Source: Sinorhizobium meliloti (GTDB taxonomy: Bacteria > Pseudomonadota > Alphaproteobacteria > Rhizobiales > Rhizobiaceae). From it: a stretch of 32,000 nt of DNA. Below are positions 17,512 to 26,204 of the stretch, one piece after another. The stretch covers positions 1-32,000 of the forward strand of contig NZ_JAGIOS010000003.1 in assembly GCF_017876815.1 (NCBI RefSeq). The letters are read 5' to 3'. The translations under genes and the position numbers were made by a program. Each line of letters starts with the position of its first letter. Positions within the stretch are counted from its first letter, which is position 1. The notes beneath the pieces are model-generated. The model saw nothing but the letters and a program-made list of their open reading frames with translations. It did no database searches and was not told the DNA's origin.

Positions 17512-17529
17512 GTTACGTTACGTTACGTT
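17512..17529. repeat. (GTTAC)3 pentanucleotide tandem repeat in the VOC/TetR divergent promoter region
   Basis: GTTACGTTACGTTACGTT is followed directly by TATAAT (17531-17536) and the TetR ATG (17540). It places three ACGT cores at a 5-bp pitch. Confidence 0.6.
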
Positions 17530-17539
17530 TTATAATTAC

Positions 17540-18145
17540 ATGAGTCAACAGCACATGAGCCCACCGAAACGGCGTGGAAGACCGCCAAACCAATTGGCGC
17601 AGGCGACAATCCTGAAAGCGGCGCACGACATCCTGACGGAGGACGGGTTTGGCCGTCTGACCGTCGAGGCCGTTGCCGCGAGGTCCGGTGTGGGGAAACC
17701 AACGATCTACAGGCACTGGGCGAACGCCTCCGAACTCGCCATGGCCGCCTTGATGTCCGGAGACCCGGGCATCTTCGCAGAAGGCGGAACAAGTCTGCGA
17801 TCGGCCCTCGCGGGGCAGATGCGATCGCTGATCCAGGCCTTTGCGACGACCAGAGGGCGCCAAATCGCCATGACGCTCGCGGCCGCCGACCCCGAAAGCG
17901 AATTCACCAAGGCCTTCCGCAACCAAGTCATCCTCTCGAGCCGCGAGGCCGGTCGCGCCATGTTGCTCGAGGCTGCCGCCAGGGGGGAGATCACGTTGCA
18001 GCAAGACCTCGAGGTGCTGCTCGACATGATCTACGGTCCCGTCTTCTACCGGCTGCTCGTCGGGCATCGCCCACTCGACACGGGCTTTGCCGACAGCATC
18101 GTCGCGATCGCCCTGGAAGCAGTGGCAGCCAGCCCGCAAAGCTAG
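17540..18145 (+). CDS. TetR/AcrR family transcriptional regulator
   Basis: KRRGRPPNQLAQATILKAAHDILTEDGFGRLTVEAVAARSGVGKPTIYRHW is a canonical TetR HTH. It is divergent from the VOC gene. Confidence 0.9.
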   Translation: MSQQHMSPPKRRGRPPNQLAQATILKAAHDILTEDGFGRLTVEAVAARSGVGKPTIYRHWANASELAMAALMSGDPGIFAEGGTSLRSALAGQMRSLIQAFATTRGRQIAMTLAAADPESEFTKAFRNQVILSSREAGRAMLLEAAARGEITLQQDLEVLLDMIYGPVFYRLLVGHRPLDTGFADSIVAIALEAVAASPQS

Positions 18146-18163
18146 GAAACGAGAGCGGACCGT

Positions 18164-18573
18164 GATTTTCTCGATGCCATTACGCTCGGACAGGCTGTCG
18201 ATATCGCTGAATATTGCATTGTGCAACTCGACCAGGTGGACGGGCGAGAGATTTTCCGCGAGGTCCGTGAAATGGACGAGGTCGGCGAACAGAACGGTAC
18301 ATTCGCCGTGGCTCTGGGCCGGGATGCTTTCACCGTTCAGGAGGTGTTGCGCGACATCCGCACGAATGAGCTCGCGAAGCATCTCCTCCGACTTCGCGCG
18401 CTCTTTTGAAGTTTGATGTAGTTCGCGATCGAAGATCGCGAGTAGCTGAAGAGCAAATACGTCATCACCGCGGCAACGGTGGCGGTGTTCGCAATGTATG
18501 AGGACGTCCGATCCGACTGCTCCAGAGCGAGCAAGGGCGGTCGCCACATCGAGAGGAATTCCGCAACGCCCAC
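18164..18573 (-). pseudogene. Second class III adenylate/guanylate cyclase relic (linker plus first third of the catalytic domain)
   Basis: ..ELHQTSKERAKSEEMLRELIRADVAQHLL..GECTVLFADLVHFTDLAENLSPVHLVELHNAIFSDIDSLSERNGIEKI then loses similarity. It is squeezed between the convergent 3' ends of the TetR (18145) and ROK (18610) genes. The rest of track ORF 17513..18547 is antisense to TetR. Confidence 0.6.
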
Positions 18574-18609
18574 ACCGATGGCAAGGGCCGCGTGCGCGCG
18601 CCTTGCGGT

Positions 18610-19692
18610 CTAGTTCACCATGAAGCGCGAACTAAAGGGGAGGCTGGCGGCGCCGACTGCTTTCGGAGCTGCGGATGTCCTTCCCACCACCGCGTTAACG
18701 GAGGGGATTTCCTGCCGGACAAGCGTACACAGCGCCTCGCAAATAGCGGCTGGAACGAAGGACGAGAGGACGACGGTCCTGAGTTCGATGAATTGCAGCA
18801 GCGATTGCGTCAGTTGAATGAGATTTTCAGCGCAGGCCTGCTGCCAGTCTGCAAGAGTCGCTTCCAACGGAGGCCAAGACAAATCCTGGCCCCAGAGTTT
18901 CTCCGCCATAGCGCTGTCCGCCGGCAGGCGGCGTTCCAGGGCGAGCACGCCGACATCATAGCTAAGCGGCGAATTGCCGTTGTAAATCTGGTGATTAAGG
19001 ACGAGGCGGCAGTGCAGGCGAGCGCCGAGATAGAAGAACAGGAAATCCTGCAACTGCCTCGCCGTCCCGAACAGGCTTTCGCCACCGGCTGCGGCCGTGA
19101 TGTCGTTCTGTACGAAGACGGGAAGACCGAACTCGGCCTCCAGATAGCGGTGCAGCACGTCGTGGTCCGGCTCGGAGCGGATTGGCGGGGTGGGAAGCGC
19201 GAGGCCGACGCCGGCGATACGGGCCTGCCGGCTTTCTGAAAGGCCGGCGACGGCCAAGCGAATTTCGAGCGCCAACGCTTCCGGCGCATCGAACGTGTCG
19301 GCCGCCTTGTGCGGCATCACGCGATGGTGCTGGACGTTGCCGATGAAATCGACGACGACGATGTGGGTGTTGTGGTATCCGACGCTCACGCCAACCGAGT
19401 AGGCTCCCTCGGAGTTCAGCATGAGAGGCGTCGTCGGCGGGCCGACGCGGCCCTTCTGTGCCTCGCCGCGCACGACGAGGCCTTCCTGTTCGAGCGAGCG
19501 CACGATCACTGAAATCGTCTGCGCCGAAAGGCCCGTCTTCTCGCCGATTTCAAGGCGGGTCGTCGCTTCGTTCTGCAGGAGCAGGGAGAGCACTAGACGC
19601 TCGTTGTAGCTGCGCACGCTCAGCGAGTTGAGGCCGCTGGCGCGGTCGGCGATGCGAAGCGGATTGGGCGGCGCGAAACGCATGTCAGGCAA
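18610..19692 (-). CDS. ROK family transcriptional regulator (degenerate kinase half)
   Basis: The N-terminal MarR-like HTH is SVRSYNERLVLSLLLQNEATTRLEIGEKTGLSAQTISVIVRSLEQEGLV. The ROK core has GVGLALPTP and NDITAAAGGE. I see neither the CxCGxxGC zinc motif nor the GEIGH motif. Confidence 0.88.
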   Translation of the reverse strand: MPDMRFAPPNPLRIADRASGLNSLSVRSYNERLVLSLLLQNEATTRLEIGEKTGLSAQTISVIVRSLEQEGLVVRGEAQKGRVGPPTTPLMLNSEGAYSVGVSVGYHNTHIVVVDFIGNVQHHRVMPHKAADTFDAPEALALEIRLAVAGLSESRQARIAGVGLALPTPPIRSEPDHDVLHRYLEAEFGLPVFVQNDITAAAGGESLFGTARQLQDFLFFYLGARLHCRLVLNHQIYNGNSPLSYDVGVLALERRLPADSAMAEKLWGQDLSWPPLEATLADWQQACAENLIQLTQSLLQFIELRTVVLSSFVPAAICEALCTLVRQEIPSVNAVVGRTSAAPKAVGAASLPFSSRFMVN

Positions 19693-19742
19693 GGGAGCGA
19701 TCCTTCCTGGAAAGGGCGACGGTCAGGGAGAAGGAGACGGAG

Positions 19743-20405
19743 TTACGCATCGGGCCACCCGATCGCCAGCACTTCCTGGGCGAGAGCCTCGCCGAGCAGG
19801 CGGTGGGCATCCTCGTCGATGTGGAAGCCATCGGCCGGCGAACACTGGCAGACCGTACCGGCGTCGAAGAAATGCGCCTCCAGAGAATCCGCCATTATCT
19901 CGAACTCCAGCGCCAGCTTGCGAGATTTTTCCTGTGCGCCTGAGAAAATCGACTCCCATTCCTTGAGATCTTCCAGCATCGGCGGCGGGGCGACGATCAT
20001 GATTTCGGGATCGTTGCCGGTCCGGCCGGGCGAGAGTTCTCGGATATCGTGCACGAGACAGCCGATGCCCATTGCGACCTCGGACGGTGGCATGTTGAAG
20101 CGCCGCTTCAGGTCATTGGTGCCGAGCATAATGATGATAAGGTCGAGTGGTGCATGGCTCTGCAGACAGGGGCGCAGATAGGTCCGGCCGTTCTTGAGCG
20201 AACCTTCGATCGGATCGTCATGCACGGTCGTGCGTCCGCTCAGGCCTTCTTCGATAACCTGCCAGTTCGGGCCGAGCAGGCCTTGCAGAACACCGCCCCA
20301 GCGCTGTTCGCGTCGGTAGCGATCAAGCGGTCCGCGGCCAGGTACCTGGCCGTGAGTGTTGGAATCTCCGAAGCATAGAACGGTCCGTGCCACTGTCCCC
20401 TCCAC
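19743..20405 (-). CDS. SGNH/GDSL hydrolase (MsAcT-type esterase/acyltransferase family), paralogue 1
   Basis: It has block I VLCFGDSNTHG, block II EEGLSGRTT, block III IIMLGTNDL and block V DGFHIDE. It has a GTG start and no signal peptide. It is divergent from the ABC operon. Confidence 0.92.
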   Translation of the reverse strand: MEGTVARTVLCFGDSNTHGQVPGRGPLDRYRREQRWGGVLQGLLGPNWQVIEEGLSGRTTVHDDPIEGSLKNGRTYLRPCLQSHAPLDLIIIMLGTNDLKRRFNMPPSEVAMGIGCLVHDIRELSPGRTGNDPEIMIVAPPPMLEDLKEWESIFSGAQEKSRKLALEFEIMADSLEAHFFDAGTVCQCSPADGFHIDEDAHRLLGEALAQEVLAIGWPDA

Positions 20406-20655
20406 CGGGATTCAAGCCCCTCTTCTCCCGGTGCAGACTTCGCATCCGGAGAGATGGTTTGCAAGAACGGCATTGTTCATTCACTCTGAATAACTATTGA
20501 CAGTCGAAAGCGCCAGTGATTTTCTGGTGACCGGAGGAGAGTTCCAGGTCGTTTCCAAGGCTGTGCACGGCACCGGACACACGTCACGGGCTGCCGACGC
20601 CGCATGGCTTCCGGCCGGTAAATCCCCCGTTAAACGCCTGCTTTGGAGGAGAAGT

Positions 20656-21732
20656 ATGAGCACCATCATCAGGAAAATCCGCGCATCGGTTCTGTTGGCC
20701 GGCGTGTTCTTCGCAACGAACAGTTTTGCGCAGGAGGTGCCGCTGCTCGAGGGCGTCACGACCCGTGCGGAAAACAATCCCACGGTGGAAGAAGGCAAAT
20801 ACAAGAAGGATGCACCCTGGGTCATCGGCATGAGCAGTTTTGGCGTCAACGCAAATACGTGGACCGTGCAGGTGGCGCATGAAGCGCAGGCCGCAGCCGA
20901 TAACGACAAGCGGATCACAAAATTCATCCTGCTCGATGCCGGCTTCGACCAGAAGAAGCAGGTCGCCGACATCGAGGACCTGATCGCCCAAAAGGTGGAT
21001 GCGATCATCGTCCAGCCCGTCACCTCGACTTCGGCCAATGCCAGCATCGAGAAGGCCGTGGCAGCGGGCATTCCGGTCGTGTTGCACACCGGCCGCATCG
21101 AATCGGAGGCCTATACGACGGAAATCCAGGGTGGTGCCGAGCATTTCGGCAAGGTCATGGGTGACTTCCTCGTCAAGGAACTCGGTGGCAAGGGCAACAT
21201 CTGGGTGCTGCGCGGCCTCGCCGGCCATCCAGAAGATACCAACCGCTACAATGGCCTCAAGCAGTCGCTCGAAGGCACTGAGATCAAGATTGCTGCCGAG
21301 GAGCACGGCGACTGGCAATACGACAAGGCCAAGAAGGTCTGCGAGACGCTCTACCTCAGTGACCCGAATGTCGACGGCATCTGGTCGTCGGGTGCGGATA
21401 TGACACGCGCCTGCGTCGACGTCTTCAAGCAGTTCGGCTCCCCCATTCCGCCGATCTCCGGCGAAGGCAATAACGGCTTCTTCGGTCAGTGGATTGCCGA
21501 CGGCTTCAAGTCGATCTCGTCGGAATATAGCCCAGCCCAGGGCGCGGCCGGCATCCGCGCCGCTGTCGCACTGCTCGAAGGCAAGGCGCTTCACAAACAC
21601 TACGACTACAATCCACCAGGCTGGGACCTCGAAAAGGTCAAGAAATACTACCGCGACGACCTGTCGGCCAATGTCTGGTGGCCATCGGAACTCTCCGAAG
21701 AACAGCTCAAAGAATTCTACGCCAAGCAGTAG
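20656..21732 (+). CDS. ABC transporter periplasmic sugar-binding protein (PBP type I)
   Basis: The SD GGAGGA (20645-20650) precedes ATG 20656. The signal peptide is MSTIIRKIRASVLLAGVFFATNSFA/QE. The fold is RbsB/LacI-type (..VDAIIVQPV..IPVVLH..NIWVLRGLAGHPEDTNRYNG..). Confidence 0.92.
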   Translation: MSTIIRKIRASVLLAGVFFATNSFAQEVPLLEGVTTRAENNPTVEEGKYKKDAPWVIGMSSFGVNANTWTVQVAHEAQAAADNDKRITKFILLDAGFDQKKQVADIEDLIAQKVDAIIVQPVTSTSANASIEKAVAAGIPVVLHTGRIESEAYTTEIQGGAEHFGKVMGDFLVKELGGKGNIWVLRGLAGHPEDTNRYNGLKQSLEGTEIKIAAEEHGDWQYDKAKKVCETLYLSDPNVDGIWSSGADMTRACVDVFKQFGSPIPPISGEGNNGFFGQWIADGFKSISSEYSPAQGAAGIRAAVALLEGKALHKHYDYNPPGWDLEKVKKYYRDDLSANVWWPSELSEEQLKEFYAKQ

Positions 21733-21792
21733 GCGGACCGCGCCGGGAGGCGGGCGCCTGCTTGCCTCCCGTAATTCGGGTAAAGGAAATCC

Positions 21793-23286
21793 ATGTCGCA
21801 TCTCATTGAAATGGCAGCCATTTCCAAGGCATTCGGAGGCAGTGTCGCGCTTCGTGATGTGTCGCTGGCGCTGGCACCGGGCACCGTGCACGCCCTGATG
21901 GGCGAGAATGGTGCGGGCAAATCCACGCTGATGAAAATCCTGGCCGGCGTGCATCAGCCTGACAGCGGCGAGGTTCGCCGCGCGGGCCGAACCGTAAGCT
22001 TCGCCAATCCGCGCGCGGCACTCGAAGCCGGCATATCGACGGTCTTCCAGGAACTCTCTCTGCTGCCCAACATGACGATCGCGGAAAACATGTTCCTCGG
22101 CCGTGAACCGACCGGTTGCTTCGGCGGAATTGACCGTCGGCGCATGCGCGTGGGTACGAAGGACGCGCTCGCCCGCCTCGGCCTGACGCTCGATCCCGAC
22201 ACGCTGGTATCGGAGCTTTCCATTGCTGAGCGCCAGTTTGTCGAGATCGCCCACGGCATCGACTCGGATGCCGACGTCTTTATCCTTGACGAGCCAACGG
22301 CGGCACTGAATGCCGCCGATGTCGAAGTCCTCAACCGGCATATCCGGTCGCTTCGCGAAGGGGGCAAGGCCATCGTCTACATCTCCCATCGCATGGACGA
22401 GATCTTTGCCATCTGCGACGTGGTGACGGTGCTGAAGGACGGACAACTGGTGGGCACGCGACCGCTCTCGGAAATGACGCCCGCCTCGCTGATCGCGATG
22501 ATGGTTGGGCGCGAGCTGGAAGACCTTTTTCCCGAGCGCGGTCAAGGCGAAGGTGCCGCGGCGCTCTCCGTATCCGGCCTTCGGCTTCACACGGATTCTC
22601 AGCCTTTCTCCTTCACGGTGAGGAAGGGCGAGATCGTCGGCTTCGCTGGTCTCGAAGGGCAGGGACAACAGAAGGCGGTGCGCGCGCTCGTCGGGCAGTT
22701 TGCCCCTGTCGAGGGCACAGCGTCCCGGCGGGGAGAGACTATCCAGCTTCCTGTGCCGAAGGAGAGCGGCGTCCGTCGCTGGCAGGCGCTGGGCGGCGCT
22801 TTCGTGCCGGAGGACCGCAAGGATGATGGCTTGTTCCTCGGCCATTCCGTTGGGCAGAACATCGTTGCAGCCTTGCATGCGGGCCGGCCGGCGCTGACGG
22901 CGGCGAAGCGGTACGGCGACGTCATTACCGAAACCATGCGTCGGCTGAACATCAAGGCATCAGGGCCGTCCGCCATTGTCGGTGCGCTCTCGGGCGGCAA
23001 TCAGCAAAAGGTGCTGCTCGGCCGCTATCTCGCGACCGATGCCGATCTCCTCCTGATTGAGGAGCCGACGCGCGGCGTCGATGTCGGCGCCAAGGCGGAA
23101 ATCTACCGTATCTTGCGCGATTTCGCGAAAGCCGGCGGTGCGGTGCTGGTTTTGTCACGCGAGACGATCGAACTGATCGGCCTCTGCGAACGCCTCTATG
23201 TGATCCACGGTAACACCGCCGTCTCGGAAATACGGGCTGTGGATGCGACTGAACACAGCATTCTCAACGCCGCCCTCAGCGCCTGA
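21793..23286 (+). CDS. Sugar ABC transporter ATP-binding protein (tandem ABC domains, RbsA/MglA type)
   Basis: It has Walker A GENGAGKST, signature-like LSIAERQFVEIA, and Walker B VFILDEPTAAL. The second cassette has LSGGNQQKVLL and LLLIEEPTRGVDVG. Confidence 0.95.
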   Translation: MSHLIEMAAISKAFGGSVALRDVSLALAPGTVHALMGENGAGKSTLMKILAGVHQPDSGEVRRAGRTVSFANPRAALEAGISTVFQELSLLPNMTIAENMFLGREPTGCFGGIDRRRMRVGTKDALARLGLTLDPDTLVSELSIAERQFVEIAHGIDSDADVFILDEPTAALNAADVEVLNRHIRSLREGGKAIVYISHRMDEIFAICDVVTVLKDGQLVGTRPLSEMTPASLIAMMVGRELEDLFPERGQGEGAAALSVSGLRLHTDSQPFSFTVRKGEIVGFAGLEGQGQQKAVRALVGQFAPVEGTASRRGETIQLPVPKESGVRRWQALGGAFVPEDRKDDGLFLGHSVGQNIVAALHAGRPALTAAKRYGDVITETMRRLNIKASGPSAIVGALSGGNQQKVLLGRYLATDADLLLIEEPTRGVDVGAKAEIYRILRDFAKAGGAVLVLSRETIELIGLCERLYVIHGNTAVSEIRAVDATEHSILNAALSA

Positions 23287-23302
23287 CGGACTGGACGACT
23301 TG

Positions 23303-24274
23303 ATGACATCCTCTTCCTCCACCTTCGAAAAATTGCTCACCAGCCGAGGCAGCCGGCGGGGCCTCTGGCTGCTGCCGCTCGTGATCGCGATCGCCATGGC
23401 GCTTTGGCTGGCCGCGACCACCAGCCAGTTCGGTCAGTCGAGCAATCTAGCGAATCTCGTCGCACAAGGCATGCCGCTGCTGATAACGGCGGTCGGGCAG
23501 ATGTTCGTCGTGCTCGTCGGCGGGCTTGATCTGTCCATCGGCTCAGTCGTCAGCTTTACCACGGCGATCCTGGCGCTCGACCTGCCGGGCTTCGTCACCA
23601 TTCCCGCCGTTTTCGTGCTCGCCGGCCTCATCGGCGCGACCAACGGCTACTGCGTCACGCGCCTCAGCGTGCATCCGATCGTCGCGACGCTCTCCATGCA
23701 GTACATCGTGCTCGGCATCACCCGCGTGCTGCGCCCAGTCTCGGGTGGCGCGGTGCCCGATAGCGTGCGCTGGATGGTCGAGGGTTCGCTCTTCGGCATT
23801 CCCCTGCCTGTGTTCTGGGGCATCGTCACGATGCTCGTCGCGTGGAAGCTACTCTACGGGTCGCGCTACGGTCTGCATCTTTTCGCCATCGGCGGAGGCG
23901 TCGCCTCGGGCTCGGCTGATGCAGCGCGCAATTTCGGCATTCCTGCCAACCGCAACATCCTGCTTGCCTATGTGATCTGCACACTATTCGCCGCCCTTGC
24001 CGGTGTGTTCCTCGCGGGCCGCATCGTCTCCGGCGACCCGAACGTCGGCCTCCTGATGGAACTCGACGCCATTACGGCGGTCGCCATCGGCGGCACCCAA
24101 TTGTCCGGCGGCGTCGGCAGCCTGCACGGCACGGTCATCGGCGTTGCAGCGCTGGCGCTGCTGTCCAACGGCATGAACCTTCTCAACGTCACGCCTTTCG
24201 TGCAGACGGCGATCAAGGGGATACTGCTCATGGCCGTCGTCGCGCTGCAGTCGCGCAAGAAGATAGGACTCTGA
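23303..24274 (+). CDS. Sugar ABC transporter permease (RbsC/BPD type)
   Basis: It is a polytopic hydrophobic ORF with ..GGLDLSIGSV.. and ..AIGGTQLSGGVGSLHGTVIGV.. motifs. An alternative upstream ATG at 23243 overlaps the ATPase. Confidence 0.9.
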   Translation: MTSSSSTFEKLLTSRGSRRGLWLLPLVIAIAMALWLAATTSQFGQSSNLANLVAQGMPLLITAVGQMFVVLVGGLDLSIGSVVSFTTAILALDLPGFVTIPAVFVLAGLIGATNGYCVTRLSVHPIVATLSMQYIVLGITRVLRPVSGGAVPDSVRWMVEGSLFGIPLPVFWGIVTMLVAWKLLYGSRYGLHLFAIGGGVASGSADAARNFGIPANRNILLAYVICTLFAALAGVFLAGRIVSGDPNVGLLMELDAITAVAIGGTQLSGGVGSLHGTVIGVAALALLSNGMNLLNVTPFVQTAIKGILLMAVVALQSRKKIGL

Positions 24275-24276
24275 TC

Positions 24277-25227
24277 ATGTCGGCTCTCGTCAATTCGACC
24301 GGCTTCCGGCGCATCTCCAAGGTCCCACCGTCCTATTACCTGCTCGCCATGCTGCTGGTGATCCTGTTCGTCGCACGCCCGCAGATGCTGAACGCCAATG
24401 TCCTCGGTGTCTTCGTGCGGCAGGTCGTGCCACTCGGCATTCTCGTGCTCGGCCAGCTCCTTGTGATGCGGGTGAAGTCGATCGATCTGTCGGGCGGCGG
24501 CGTCATCCTTCTCATCAATTACTGCATCTCGTCCGGCATTTTCCCCGGCGCCTCGCTCGGTTTCTATGTCGCACTGGCGCTGACGACCGGCCTAGTCATC
24601 GGCCTCTTCAACGGGGTGATGGTGGCCAAGCGCCGCGTCTCTGCCGTCATAGTCACGCTGGCGCTTTCCATCGTGCTCGTTGGCTTCGTGCAGTATCTTT
24701 CGAGCGGCAAGCCACCAGGCGACGTGCCGAAACTCTTTGCTGATCTCTTCAACACGCGCTTTGCCGGCCTGCCGAGCCCGGTCATCCTCTGGATCGCAGT
24801 CACCGCGCTGATGGCGCTGCTGCTATCGCAGACTGTCTTCGGCCGCTTTGTCGCCGCGGTCGGAGAAAGCATGCCGGCCGCGCATTTTTCCGGTGTTCCG
24901 GTGGAGCGCACGGTTATCCTCGCCCACACACTCGCCGGCCTGATGGCCGCTATCGCCGCGCTGGTCCAGACGGCGTCTATCGCCGTTGGCAGCGTGCGTG
25001 TCGGGCTCGACCTGCCGGTTCTCTCAGTGGCCGCGACCATTCTCGGCGGCGTCGTCTTCGGGCGTGGTGAGGGTGGCGTCTGGGGACCATTCTTCGGCGT
25101 GCTCTGCTTCGCCTTCCTCTTTGTTGCCATGACGACGTTCGGTGTCGGCGATGCCGGCAAGCTCGTCGCTCAGGGCATGATCATCCTGCTCGCGGCCATC
25201 TTCTACGGCCTTCGTGCCGGCAAATGA
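24277..25227 (+). CDS. Sugar ABC transporter permease (second subunit)
   Basis: It starts 2 nt after the previous stop. It has IDLSGGGVILL and ILGGVVFGRGEGGVWGPFFGV motifs and about 9-10 hydrophobic segments. Confidence 0.9.
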   Translation: MSALVNSTGFRRISKVPPSYYLLAMLLVILFVARPQMLNANVLGVFVRQVVPLGILVLGQLLVMRVKSIDLSGGGVILLINYCISSGIFPGASLGFYVALALTTGLVIGLFNGVMVAKRRVSAVIVTLALSIVLVGFVQYLSSGKPPGDVPKLFADLFNTRFAGLPSPVILWIAVTALMALLLSQTVFGRFVAAVGESMPAAHFSGVPVERTVILAHTLAGLMAAIAALVQTASIAVGSVRVGLDLPVLSVAATILGGVVFGRGEGGVWGPFFGVLCFAFLFVAMTTFGVGDAGKLVAQGMIILLAAIFYGLRAGK

Positions 25228-25256
25228 CAATCAACAGCCATTCAAGGAGGACGTTA

Positions 25257-25913
25257 ATGGTGGAAAAGCGCTCAGTACTGTGCTTTGGGGATTCGCTGAC
25301 ATGGGGCTGGATTCCGGTGAAGGGATCCTCACCGACCTTGCGCTATCCCTATGAACAACGGTGGACCGGCGCAATGGCCGCGAGGCTTGGCGACGGTTAC
25401 CACATCATCGAAGAGGGGCTGAGCGCCCGCACCACCAGCCTCGACGACCCCAACGACGCGCGGCTCAACGGCAGCACCTACCTGCCCATGGCACTCGCCA
25501 GCCACCTCCCACTCGACCTCGTCATCATCATGCTGGGCACGAACGACACGAAATCCTATTTCCACCGCACGCCTTACGAGATCGCCAACGGCATGGGCAA
25601 GCTAGTCGGCCAGGTGCTGACCTGCGCCGGTGGCGTCGGCACGCCATATCCCGCGCCGAAGGTGCTTGTCGTCGCTCCGCCGCCGCTCGCGCCGATGCCC
25701 GACCCGTGGTTCGAAGGCATGTTCGGCGGCGGCTACGAGAAGTCGAAGGAACTCTCCGGCCTCTACAAGGCGCTTGCCGATTTCATGAAGGTCGAGTTTT
25801 TCGCCGCCGGTGATTGCATTTCCACCGATGGGATCGACGGCATTCACCTCTCGGCGGAAACCAACATCAGACTCGGGCACGCGATCGCGGACAAAGTTGC
25901 GGCGTTGTTCTGA
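25257..25913 (+). CDS. SGNH/GDSL hydrolase (MsAcT-type esterase/acyltransferase family), paralogue 2
   Basis: The SD AAGGAGG (25244-25250) precedes ATG 25257. It has block I VLCFGDSLTWGW, block II EEGLSARTT, block III IIMLGTNDT and block V DGIHLS. An alternative ATG at 25224 forms an ATGA overlap with the permease stop. It is the last gene of the operon. Confidence 0.92.
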   Translation: MVEKRSVLCFGDSLTWGWIPVKGSSPTLRYPYEQRWTGAMAARLGDGYHIIEEGLSARTTSLDDPNDARLNGSTYLPMALASHLPLDLVIIMLGTNDTKSYFHRTPYEIANGMGKLVGQVLTCAGGVGTPYPAPKVLVVAPPPLAPMPDPWFEGMFGGGYEKSKELSGLYKALADFMKVEFFAAGDCISTDGIDGIHLSAETNIRLGHAIADKVAALF

Positions 25914-25919
25914 GCGACG

Positions 25920-25956
25920 CCACTCCGGCGCCTCCCTGCCGGAGTGGTGTTCTTTT
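25920..25956 (+). terminator. Rho-independent terminator of the ABC/SGNH operon
   Basis: A 10-bp perfect stem, CCACTCCGGC (25920-25929) with GCCGGAGTGG (25938-25947), has an 8-nt loop and is followed by TGTTCTTTT. It begins 7 nt after the stop codon. Confidence 0.65.
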
Positions 25957-26204
25957 GGCGTCCACGGTAGTCTGACGCTCGCCTACCGCCAGCTACGGAG
26001 GTCGATGGCGTCGACCTTCATCGGGCGGAGCGGCGGTCGGCGCCGTCCGATTCAGATCTTGCTGGCGCTCGCGGCACTCGGCGATCCCGAACCGGTCGGC
26101 GATCGGGCGTGCGGACACCGCAGTCTGAGGCACTCGTCACGACCACTTCGAGTGAACGGCAAATTGCGCGTGCCCTCTGTCGCGACTAGCCGATAGTCTC
26201 AAAT

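Noticed and set aside
17513-18145. The downstream two-thirds of track ORF 17513..18547 (344 aa).
   Set aside because: Only its N-terminal ~130 codons (the cyclase relic, 18164-18547) look like protein. The remainder is antisense to the TetR gene and is featureless.
20584-22878. A 764-aa ORF on the minus strand, the longest in the window.
   Set aside because: It runs antisense across the SBP and ATPase genes, both of which have unmistakable family motifs. Its sequence is Arg/Ala/Gly-rich with no motif. This is a typical shadow ORF of high-GC DNA.
25957-26204. An HTH-like peptide on the minus strand (..TAVSARPIADRFGIAECRERQQ..) as a resolvase or transposase gene.
   Set aside because: It is about 25 residues of loose resemblance, bounded by stops, with no catalytic domain. 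It is mentioned only as a possible relic in the repeat finding.
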